From Nemertoderma westbladi (Eukaryota > Animalia > Xenacoelomorpha): 45,910 nucleotides of DNA. The translations under genes and the position numbers were made by a program. The stretch spans positions 1-45,910 of the forward strand of contig JAUCBJ010003178.1 of NCBI GenBank assembly GCA_032718475.1. The letters run 5' to 3'. Of this stretch, positions 24,701-36,700 are shown in pieces; position 1 is the first letter of the stretch; every line of letters starts with the position of its first letter. The notes beneath the pieces were generated by a model. That model did no database searches. It saw only the letters and a program-made list of their open reading frames with translations, and was not told the origin of the DNA.

Positions 24701-26335
24701 TGAGTTGACAAGGGGAACGGATCAATCCAAAAGATAGGTAGGTTGAGTGGACAAGGGGAACGGATCAATCCTAAAGATAGGTAGGTTGAGTTGACAATGG
24801 GAACGGATCAATCCAAAAGATAGGTAGGTTGAGAGGACAAGGGGAACGGATCAATCCTAAAGATAGGTAGGTTGACAGGACAAGGGGAACGGATCAATCC
24901 TAAAGATAGGTAGGTTGAGAGGACAAGGGGAACGGATCAATCCTAAAGATAGGTAGGTTGAGAGGACAAGGGGAACGGATCAATCCAAAAGATAGGTAGG
25001 TTGAGAGGACAAGGGGAACGGATCAATCCAAAAGATAGGTAGGTTGACAGGACAAGGGGAACGGATCAATCCTAAAGATAGGTAGGTTGAGAGGACAAGG
25101 GGAACGGATCAATCCTAAAGATAGGTAGGTTGACAGGACAAGGGGAACGGATCAATCCAAAAGATAGGTAGGTTGAGTGGACAAGGGGACCGGATCAATC
25201 CAAAAGATAGGTAGGTTGAGTGGACAAGGGGACCGGATCAATCCAATTGATAGGTAGGTTGAGAGGACAAGGGGAACGGATCAATCCAAAAGATAGGTAG
25301 GTTGACAGGACAAGGGGAACGGATCAATCCTAAAGATAGGTAGGTTGACAGGACAAGGGGACCGGATCAATCCAAAAGATAGGTAGGTTGAGAGGACAAG
25401 GGGAACGGATCAATCCTAAAGATAGGTAGGTTGAGAGGACAAGGGGAACGGATCAATCCAAAAGATAGGTAGGTTGACAGGACAAGGGGAACGGATCAAT
25501 CCAAAAGATAGGTAGGTTGAGAGGACAAGGGGAACGGATCAATCCTAAAGATAGGTAGGTTGAGAGGACAAGGGGAACGGATCAATCCAAAAGATAGGTA
25601 GGTTGACAGGACAAGGGGAACGGATCAATCCAAAAGATAGGTAGGTTGAGTGGACAAGGGGACCGGATCAATCCAATTGATAGGTAGGTTGAGAGGACAA
25701 GGGGAACGGATCAATCCAAAAGATAGGTAGGTTGAGAGGACAAGGGGAACGGATCAATCCAAAAGATAGGTAGGTTGAGAGGACAAGGGGAACGGATCAA
25801 TCCAAAAGATAGGTAGGTTGACAAGACAAGGGGAACGGATCAATCCAAAAGATAGGTAGGTTGACAGGACAAGGGGAACGGATCAATCCAAAAGATAGGT
25901 AGGTTGAGTGGACAAGGGGACCGGATCAATCCAATTGATAGGTAGGTTGAGAGGACAAGGGGAACGGATCAATCCAAAAGATAGGTAGGTTGAGTGGACA
26001 AGGGGACCGGATCAATCCAATTGATAGGTAGGTTGAGAGGACAAGGGGAACGGATCAATCCTAAAGATAGGTAGGTTGAGAGGACAAGGGGAACGGATCA
26101 ATCCTAAAGATAGGTAGGTTGAGAGGACAAGGGGAACGGATCAATCCTAAAGATAGGTAGGTTGAGAGGACAAGGGGAACGGATCAATCCTAAAGATAGG
26201 TAGGTTGACAGGACAAGGGGAACGGATCAATCCAAAAGATAGGTAGGTTGAGTGGACAAGGGGACCGGATCAATCCAATTGATAGGTAGGTTGAGAGGAC
26301 AAGGGGAACGGATCAATCCTAAAGATAGGTAGGTT
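9741..26335 (+). repeat. 43-bp satellite, block 1 (~385 units), derived from the exon 4 end and 5' splice site
   Basis: Unit GTGGACAAGGGGAACGGATCAATCCAAAAGATAGGTAGGTTGA. The first copy overlaps the exon. Recurrent variants are GTG/GAG/CAG/GTT at the unit start, CCTAAA, CCAATTG, GGACCGG and ACAATGG. Copy number is estimated as length/43. Confidence 0.98.
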
Positions 26336-27765
26336 CAGGCCTCCCAGAGTTTCCTTTTTTCCTTTTTTTTCCTTTTTTTTAGAACGTTTCCTTTTTTTCC
26401 TTTTTTTTTAGAATGTTTCCTTTTTTCCTTTTTTTTTGTCCATTTTCACACCTTTTTTTCCTTTTTTTTTAGTTCAGAAAATAGCCTGCTGTAAGTGTAA
26501 CATATTCTATTCAGTACAAGGCATCGCGGAGACAGCTGGACAGGTCTTGCAGTCTAATCAATCTTACCGGTACTGTACCACTGTCTGACTATCAGTATAG
26601 TAGTCCTTGACTTGGTACTAAACTAATATAACAATGTACGGGACAAGTGATTTTCCTGTTATCTGCTATCATATACTTAACGGTACCGGTACCAATGGAA
26701 ACCATTAGATCCAAGCAATCATTGGCAGATAAGCTGAAATTTCAGGTTGCTGCTGATATTGACAAGGTTATAACAGAGATTGACGGGCATATGCCGATTA
26801 TTTTGATTATATATTTTATTGACAAAAAATGACAAGCTAAGCTACCATAAAAATGTAGCTGTGGAGAGAACTTTAATATATTTATTTCTGAGACAGAGGC
26901 TGTCTCTGTCTCAGAAAATATGTATATTAAAGTTCTCTCCACACCTACATTTTTAGCGTGTGATTTATTATAATTGACGCAAAACCCGCCTTTGTGAATG
27001 AACAATGATGATTTTCAATTTAGGGAAAGGAACAGGTTGCAGTGGCAGTCTATTCTAACCAAAACAATAAAAGAAAGCCTATAACACGGTTACAGTTTCA
27101 TTTTTGCTCGTTATCAGCTGATATTTGCATCTGTTTTCCCCTGGAGATGGTTGAATTTTGATTGCGTCTAAAAGCATTTTTGTTATTTATATAAATGTAG
27201 CCACGACCGGAAATCCGTTCCAAAGTTTTTATATCACTTTCAAACTAAAGTTATATTTACAATCGTTTGATAAACCTATATCAATGAGTGACCATCAATC
27301 GGCGGAACTCGACCATCTCTGATAACTAGGCAAAAAAGGTGAAAATATCTGTATAATAATATTAATATAGATGTATTAACTATAATTAATATTAACTATA
27401 TTGCCATTGATCTTTTTCTCTTTCCTGCGTGTTTATATTTTTTAACTTTCTTTGATATCTTCCTGTCATTTAAAACAGTGTCGTTTCTTAATGGGATTCT
27501 TCATAGTATTAACAGTAAAGTTAATGAAATAGAATCAAGAAACAGCACTAAAGACATAATGTTTACTATTACTTTTGTAAAGATAATATCTATTCAGTTT
27601 TTCCCTTTTTTTTAATTGTATTCGATCCTTTTTTTCCTTTTTTTTAACTGCATCCTATCTTTTTTTCCTTTTTTTTAACTGCATCCTGTCCTTTTTTTCC
27701 TTTTAATTGAAAATATAAAATCCTTTTTTCCTTTTTTTTCTCGATATTTATGGCTGGGAGGGCTG
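26336..27765. mobile_element. Non-autonomous DNA transposon (1430 bp) with 12-bp TIR and 6-bp TSD
   Basis: Ends are CAGGCCTCCCAG and CTGGGAGGGCTG (11/12 inverted match). TAGGTT is duplicated at 26330-26335 and 27766-27771. Subterminal TTCC(T)n repeats; no recognisable transposase ORF. Confidence 0.88.
26848..26955. repeat. ~108-bp near-perfect hairpin (possible nested MITE)
   Basis: TAAAAATGTAGCTGTGGAGAGAACTTTAATATA..TTTCTGAGACAGA pairs with TCTGTCTCAGAAA..TATATTAAAGTTCTCTCCACACCTACATTTTTA, with one mismatch in the outer 33 bp. Confidence 0.8.
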
Positions 27766-30700
27766 TAGGTTGACAGGACAAGGGGACCGGATCAATCCAA
27801 AAGATAGGTAGGTTGAGAGGACAAGGGGAACGGATCAATCCTAAAGATAGGTAGGTTGAGAGGACAAGGGGAACGGATCAATCCAAAAGATAGGTAGGTT
27901 GACAGGACAAGGGGAACGGATCAATCCTAAAGATAGGTAGGTTGAGAGGACAAGGGGAACGGATCAATCCTAAAGATAGGTAGGTTGAGAGGACAAGGGG
28001 AACGGATCAATCCAAAAGATAGGTAGGTTGACAGGACAAGGGGAACGGATCAATCCAAAAGATAGGTAGGTTGAGTGGACAAGGGGACCGGATCAATCCA
28101 ATTGATAGGTAGGTTGAGAGGACAAGGGGAACGGATCAATCCAAAAGATAGGTAGGTTGAGAGGACAAGGGGAACGGATCAATCCTAAAGATAGGTAGGT
28201 TGAGAGGACAAGGGGAACGGATCAATCCAAAAGATAGGTAGGTTGAGAGGACAATGGGAACGGATCAATCCAAAAGATAGGTAGGTTGACAAGACAAGGG
28301 GAACGGATCAATCCAAAAGATAGGTAGGTTGACAGGACAAGGGGAACGGATCAATCCAAAAGATAGGTAGGTTGAGTGGACAAGGGGACCGGATCAATCC
28401 AATTGATAGGTAGGTTGAGAGGACAAGGGGAACGGATCAATCCAAAAGATAGGTAGGTTGAGTGGACAAGGGGACCGGATCAATCCAATTGATAGGTAGG
28501 TTGAGAGGACAAGGGGAACGGATCAATCCTAAAGATAGGTAGGTTGAGAGGACAAGGGGAACGGATCAATCCTAAAGATAGGTAGGTTGAGAGGACAAGG
28601 GGAACGGATCAATCCTAAAGATAGGTAGGTTGAGAGGACAAGGGGAACGGATCAATCCTAAAGATAGGTAGGTTGAGAGGACAAGGGGAACGGATCAATC
28701 CAAAAGATAGGTAGGTTGAGAGGACAAGGGGAACGGATCAATCCAAAAGATAGGTAGGTTGACAGGACAAGGGGAACGGATCAATCCTAAAGATAGGTAG
28801 GTTGAGAGGACAAGGGGAACGGATCAATCCTAAAGATAGGTAGGTTGACAGGACAAGGGGAACGGATCAATCCAAAAGATAGGTAGGTTGAGTGGACAAG
28901 GGGACCGGATCAATCCTAAAGATAGGTAGGTTGTCAGGACAAGGGGAACGGATCAATCCTAAAGATAGGTAGGTTGAGAGGACAAGGGGAACGGATCAAT
29001 CCAATTGATAGGTAGGTTGAGAGGACAAGGGGAACGGATCAATCCAAAAGATAGGTAGGTTGTCAGGACAAGGGGAACGGATCAATCCTAAAGATAGGTA
29101 GGTTGAGAGGACAAGGGGAACGGATCAATCCAAAAGATAGGTAGGTTGAGTGGACAAGGGGAACGGATCAATCCTAAAGATAGGTAGGTTGAGTGGACAA
29201 GGGGAACGGATCAATCCAAAAGATAGGTAGGTTGAGTTGACAAGGGGAACGGATCAATCCAAAAGATAGGTAGGTTGAGAGGACAAGGGGAACGGATCAA
29301 TCCTAAAGATAGGTAGGTTGAGAGGACAAGGGGAACGGATCAATCCAAAAGATAGGTAGGTTGACAGGACAAGGGGAACGGATCAATCCAAAAGATAGGT
29401 AGGTTGAGTGGACAAGGGGACCGGATCAATCCAATTGATAGGTAGGTTGAGAGGACAAGGGGAACGGATCAATCCTAAAGATAGGTAGGTTGACAGGACA
29501 AGGGGAACGGATCAATCCAAAAGATAGGTAGGTTGAGAGGACAAGGGGAACGGATCAATCCTAAAGATAGGTAGGTTGAGAGGACAAGGGGAACGGATCA
29601 ATCCAAAAGATAGGTAGGTTGACTGGACAAGGGGAACGGATCAATCCAAAAGATAGGTAGGTTGAGAGGACAAGGGGAACGGATCAATCCTAAAGATAGG
29701 TAGGTTGAGAGGACAAGGGGAACGGATCAATCCAAAAGATAGGTAGGTTGACAGGACAAGGGGAACGGATCAATCCAAAAGATAGGTAGGTTGAGAGGAC
29801 AAGGGGAACGGATCAATCCTAAAGATAGGTAGGTTGAGAGGACAAGGGGAACGGATCAATCCAAAAGATAGGTAGGTTGACAGGACAAGGGGAACGGATC
29901 AATCCAAAAGATAGGTAGGTTGAGTGGACAAGGGGACCGGATCAATCCAATTGATAGGTAGGTTGAGAGGACAAGGGGAACGGATCAATCCAAAAGATAG
30001 GTAGGTTGAGAGGACAAGGGGAACGGATCAATCCTAAAGATAGGTAGGTTGAGAGGACAAGGGGAACGGATCAATCCAAAAGATAGGTAGGTTGAGAGGA
30101 CAAGGGGAACGGATCAATCCAAAAGATAGGTAGGTTGACAGGACAAGGGGAACGGATCAATCCAAAAGATAGGTAGGTTGACAGGACAAGGGGAACGGAT
30201 CAATCCAAAAGATAGGTAGGTTGAGTGGACAAGGGGACCGGATCAATCCAATTGATAGGTAGGTTGAGAGGACAAGGGGAACGGATCAATCCAAAAGATA
30301 GGTAGGTTGAGTGGACAAGGGGACCGGATCAATCCAATTGATAGGTAGGTTGAGAGGACAAGGGGAACGGATCAATCCTAAAGATAGGTAGGTTGAGAGG
30401 ACAAGGGGAACGGATCAATCCTAAAGATAGGTAGGTTGAGAGGACAAGGGGAACGGATCAATCCTAAAGATAGGTAGGTTGAGAGGACAAGGGGAACGGA
30501 TCAATCCTAAAGATAGGTAGGTTGAGAGGACAAGGGGAACGGATCAATCCAAAAGATAGGTAGGTTGAGAGGACAAGGGGAACGGATCAATCCAAAAGAT
30601 AGGTAGGTTGACAGGACAAGGGGAACGGATCAATCCTAAAGATAGGTAGGTTGAGAGGACAAGGGGAACGGATCAATCCTAAAGATAGGTAGGTTGACAG

Positions 30701-33700
30701 GACAAGGGGAACGGATCAATCCAAAAGATAGGTAGGTTGAGTGGACAAGGGGACCGGATCAATCCAATTGATAGGTAGGTTGAGAGGACAAGGGGAACGG
30801 ATCAATCCTAAAGATAGGTAGGTTGAGAGGACAAGGGGAACGGATCAATCCAAAAGATAGGTAGGTTGACAGGACAAGGGGAACGGATCAATCCAAAAGA
30901 TAGGTAGGTTGAGTGGACAAGGGGACCGGATCAATCCAATTGATAGGTAGGTTGAGAGGACAAGGGGAACGGATCAATCCAAAAGATAGGTAGGTTGTCA
31001 GGACAAGGGGAACGGATCAATCCTAAAGATAGGTAGGTTGAGAGGACAAGGGGAACGGATCAATCCAAAAGATAGGTAGGTTGAGTGGACAAGGGGAACG
31101 GATCAATCCTAAAGATAGGTAGGTTGAGTGGACAAGGGGAACGGATCAATCCAAAAGATAGGTAGGTTGAGTTGACAAGGGGAACGGATCAATCCAAAAG
31201 ATAGGTAGGTTGAGAGGACAAGGGGAACGGATCAATCCTAAAGATAGGTAGGTTGAGAGGACAAGGGGAACGGATCAATCCAAAAGATAGGTAGGTTGAC
31301 AGGACAAGGGGAACGGATCAATCCAAAAGATAGGTAGGTTGAGTGGACAAGGGGACCGGATCAATCCAATTGATAGGTAGGTTGAGAGGACAAGGGGAAC
31401 GGATCAATCCTAAAGATAGGTAGGTTGACAGGACAAGGGGAACGGATCAATCCAAAAGATAGGTAGGTTGAGAGGACAAGGGGAACGGATCAATCCTAAA
31501 GATAGGTAGGTTGATAGGACAAGGGGAACGGATCAATCCAAAAGATAGGTAGGTTGACTGGACAAGGGGAACGGATCAATCCAAAAGATAGGTAGGTTGA
31601 GAGGACAAGGGGAACGGATCAATCCAAAAGATAGGTAGGTTGAGTGGACAAGGGGAACGGATCAATCCAAAAGATAGGTAGGTTGAGAGGACAAGGGGAA
31701 CGGATCAATCCAAAAGATAGGTAGGTTGAGTGGACAAGGGGAACGGATCAATCCAAAAGATAGGTAGGTTGACAGGACAAGGGGAACGGATCAATCCAAA
31801 AGATAGGTAGGTTGAGAGGACAAGGGGAACGGATCAATCCTAAAGATAGGTAGGTTGAGAGGACAAGGGGAACGGATCAATCCAAAAGATAGGTAGGTTG
31901 ACAGGACAAGGGGAACGGATCAATCCAAAAGATAGGTAGGTTGAGTGGACAAGGGGACCGGATCAATCCAATTGATAGGTAGGTTGAGAGGACAAGGGGA
32001 ACGGATCAATCCTAAAGATAGGTAGGTTGAGAGGACAAGGGGAACGGATCAATCCAAAAGATAGGTAGGTTGACAGGACAAGGGGACCGGATCAATCCAA
32101 AAGACAGGTAGGTTGAGAGGACAAGGGGAACGGATCAATCCTAAAGATAGGTAGGTTGAGAGGACAAGGGGACGGATCAATCCAAAAGACAGGTAGGTTG
32201 AGAGGACAAGGGGAACGGATCAATCCTAAAGATAGGTAGGTTGAGAGGACAAGGGGAACGGATCAATCCAAAAGATAGGTAGGTTGACAGGACAAGGGGA
32301 ACGGATCAATCCAAAAGATAGGTAGGTTGAGAGGACAAGGGGAACGGATCAATCCTAAAGATAGGTAGGTTGAGAGGACAAGGGGAACGGATCAATCCAA
32401 AAGATAGGTAGGTTGACAGGACAAGGGGAACGGATCAATCCAATTGATAGGTAGGTTGAGAGGACAAGGGGAACGGATCAATCCAAAAGATAGGTAGGTT
32501 GAGAGGACAAGGGGAACGGATCAATCCTAAAGATAGGTAGGTTGAGAGGACAAGGGGACCGGATCAATCCAAAAGACATGTAGGTTGAGAGGACAAGGGG
32601 AACGGATCAATCCTAAAGATAGGTAGGTTGAGAGGACAAGGGGAACGGATCAATCCAAAAGATAGGTAGGTTGACAGGACAAGGGGAACGGATCAATCCA
32701 AAAGATAGGTAGGTTGAGAGGACAAGGGGAACGGATCAATCCTAAAGATAGGTAGGTTGAGAGGACAAGGGGAACGGATCAATCCAAAAGATAGGTAGGT
32801 TGACAGGACAAGGGGAACGGATCAATCCAATTGATAGGTAGGTTGAGAGGACAAGGGGAACGGATCAATCCAAAAGATAGGTAGGTTGAGAGGACAAGGG
32901 GAACGGATCAATCCTAAAGATAGGTAGGTTGAGAGGACAAGGGGAACGGATCAATCCAAAAGATAGGTAGGTTGACAGGACAAGGGGAACGGATCAATCC
33001 AAAAGATAGGTAGGTTGAGTGGACAAGGGGAACGGATCAATCCAAAAGATAGGTAGGTTGAGTGGACAAGGGGACCGGATCAATCCAATTGATAGGTAGG
33101 TTGAGAGGACAAGGGGAACAGATCAATCCAAAAGATTGTTAGGTTGAGTGGACAAGGGGACCGGATCAATCCAATTGATGGGTAGGTTGAGAGGACAAGG
33201 GGAACGGATCAATCCTAAAGATAGGTAGGTTGAGAGGACAAGGGGAACGGATCAATCCTAAAGATAGGTAGGTTGAGAGGACAAGGGGAACGGATCAATC
33301 CTAAAGATAGGTAGGTTGAGAGGACAAGGGGAACGGATCAATCCTAAAGATAGGGGAACGGATCAATCCAAAAGATAGGTAGGTTGAGTGGACAAGGGGA
33401 CCGGATCAATCCAATTGATAGGTAGGTTGAGAGGACAAGGGGAACGGATCAATCCTAAAGATAGGTAGGTTGAGAGGACAAGGGGAACGGATCAATCCTA
33501 AAGATAGGTAGGTTGAGAGGACAAGGGGAACGGATCAATCCAAAAGATAGGTAGGTTGAGAGGACAAGGGGAACGGATCAATCCAAAAGATAGGTAGGTT
33601 GACAGGACAAGGGGACCGGATCAATCCAAAAGATAGGTAGGTTGAGTGGACAAGGGGAACGGATCAATCCAAAAGATAGGTAGGTTGAGTGGACAAGGGG

Positions 33701-36700
33701 ACCGGATCAATCCTAAAGATAGGTAGGTTGAGTGGACAAGGGGAACGGATCAATCCAAAAGATAGGTAGGTTGACAGGACAATGGGAACGGATCAATCCA
33801 AAAGATAGGTAGGTTGATCGGACAAGGGGAACGGATCAATCCTAAAGATAGGTAGGTTGAGTGGACAAGGGGAACGGTTCAATCCAAAAGATAGGTAGGT
33901 TGAGTTGACAAGGGGAACGGATCAATCCAAAAGATAGGTAGGTTGACAGGACAAGGGGAACGGATCAATCCAAAAGATAGGTAGGTTGAGAGGACAAGGG
34001 GAACGGATCAATCCTAAAGATAGGTAGGTTGAGAGGACAAGGGGAACGGATCAATCCAAAAGATAGGTAGGTTGACAGGACAAGGGGAACGGATCAATCC
34101 AAAAGATAGGTAGGTTGAGTGGACAAGGGGACCGGATCAATCCAATTGATAGGTAGGTTGAGAGGACAAGGGGAACGGATCAATCCAAAAGATAGGTAGG
34201 TTGAGTGGACAAGGGGACCGGATCAATCCAATTGATAGGTAGGTTGAGAGGACAAGGGGAACGGATCAATCCTAAAGATAGGTAGGTTGAGAGGACAAGG
34301 GGAACGGATCAATCCTAAAGATAGGTAGGTTGAGAGGACAAGGGGAACGGATCAATCCTAAAGATAGGTAGGTTGAGAGGACAAGGGGAACGGATCAATC
34401 CTAAAGATAGGTAGGTTGAGTGGACAAGGGGACCGGATCAATCCAATTGATAGGTAGGTTGACAGGACAAGGGGAACGGATCAATCCAAAAGATAGGTAG
34501 GTTGAGTGGACAAGGGGACCGGATCAATCCAATTGATAGGTAGGTTGAGAGGACAAGGGGAACGGATCAATCCTAAAGATAGGTAGGTTGAGAGGACAAG
34601 GGGAACGGATCAATCCTAAAGATAGGTAGGTTGAGAGGACAAGGGGAACGGATCAATCCTAAAGATAGGTAGGTTGAGAGGACAAGGGGAACGGATCAAT
34701 CCAAAAGATAGGTAGGTTGACAGGACAAGGGGAACGGATCAATCCAAAAGATAGGTAGGTTGACAGGACAAGGGGAACGGATCAATCCAAAAGATATGTA
34801 GGTTGAGTGGACAAGGGGACCGGATTAATCCAATTGATAGGTAGGTTGAGAGGACAAGGGGAACGGATCAATCCTAAAGATAGGTAGGTTGACAGGACAA
34901 GGGGACCGGATCAATCCAAAAGATAGGTAGGTTGAGAGGACAAGGGGAACGGATCAATCCTAAAGATAGGTAGGTTGAGAGGACAAGGGGAACGGATCAA
35001 TCCAAAAGATAGGTAGGTTGACTGGACAAGGGGAACGGATCAATCCAAAAGATAGGTAGGTTGAGAGGACAAGGGGAACGGATCAATCCAAAAGATAGGT
35101 AGGTTGAGTGGACAAGGGGAACGGATCAATCCAAAAGATAGGTAGGTTGAGAGGACAAGGGGAACGGATCAATCCAAAAGATAGGTAGGTTGAGTGGACA
35201 AGGGGAACGGATCAATCCAAAAGATAGGTAGGTTGACAGGACAAGGGGAACGGATCAATCCAAAAGATAGGTAGGTTGAGAGGACAAGGGGAACGGATCA
35301 ATCCTAAGGATAGGTAGGTTGAGAGGACAAGGGGAACGGATCAATCCAAAAGATAGGTAGGTTGACAGGACAAGGGGAACGGATCAATCCAAAAGATAGG
35401 TAGGTTGAGTGGACAAGGGGACCGGATCAATCCAATTGATAGGTAGGTTGAGAGGACAAGGGGAACGGATCAATCCTAAAGATAGGTAGGTTGACAGGAC
35501 AAGGGGGCCGGATCAATCCAAAAGACAGGTAGGTTGAGAGGACAAGGGGAACGGATCAATCCTAAAGATAGGTAGGTTGAGAGGACAAGGGGAACGGATC
35601 AATCCAAAAGATAGGTAGGTTGACAGGACAAGGGGAACGGATCAATCCAAAAGATAGGTAGGTTGAGAGGACAAGGGGAACGGATCAATCCTAAAGATAG
35701 GTAGGTTGAGAGGACAAGGGGAACGGATCAATCCAAAAGATAGGTAGGTTGGCAGGACAAGGGGAACGGATCAATCCAAAAGATAGGTAGGTTGAGAGGA
35801 CAAGGGGAACGGATCAATCCAAAAGATAGGTAGGTTGAGAGGACAAGGGGAACGGATCAATCCTAAAGATAGGTAGGTTGAGAGGACAAGGGGAACGGAT
35901 CAATCCAAAAGATAGGTAGGTTGACAGGACAAGGGGAACGGATCAATCCAAAAGATAGGTAGGTTGAGTGGACAAGGGGAACGGATCAATCCAAAAGATA
36001 GGTAGGTTGAGTGGACAAGGGGACCGGATCAATCCAATTGATAGGTAGGTTGAGAGGACAAGGGGAACAGATCAATCCAAAAGATAGTTAGGTTGAGTGG
36101 ACAAGGGGAACGGATCAATCGTAAAGATAGGTAGGTTGAGAGGACAAGGGGAACGGATCAATCCTAAAGATAGGTAGGTTGAGAGGACAAGGGGAACGGA
36201 TCAATCCTAAAGATAGGTAGGTTGAGAGGACAAGGGGAACGGATCAATCCTAAAGATAGGGGAACGGATCAATCCAAAAGATAGGTAGGTTGAGTGGACA
36301 AGGGGACCGGATCAATCCAATTGATAGGTAGGTTGAGAGGACAAGGGGAACGGATCAATCCTAAAGATAGGTAGGTTGAGAGGACAAGGGGAACGGATCA
36401 ATCCTAAAGATAGGTAGGTTGAGAGGACAAGGGGAACGGATCAATCCAAAAGATAGGTAGGTTGAGAGGACAAGGGGACCGGATCAATCCAAAAGATAGG
36501 TAGGTTGACAGGACAAGGGGACCGGATCAATCCAAAAGATAGGTAGGTTGAGTGGACAAGGGGAACGGATCAATCCAAAAGATAGGTAGGTTGAGTGGAC
36601 AAGGGGAACGGATCAATCCTAAAGATAGGTAGGTTGAGTGGACAAGGGGAACGGATCAATCCAAAAGATAGGTAGGTTGACAGGACAATGGGAACGGATC

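Noticed and set aside
9611-27838. Minus-strand ORFs of the MIRSPCP.. type (9611, 21288, 22830, 23002, 27644)
   Set aside because: They are chance readings of the satellite where a variant removes a stop, or antisense to exon 4.
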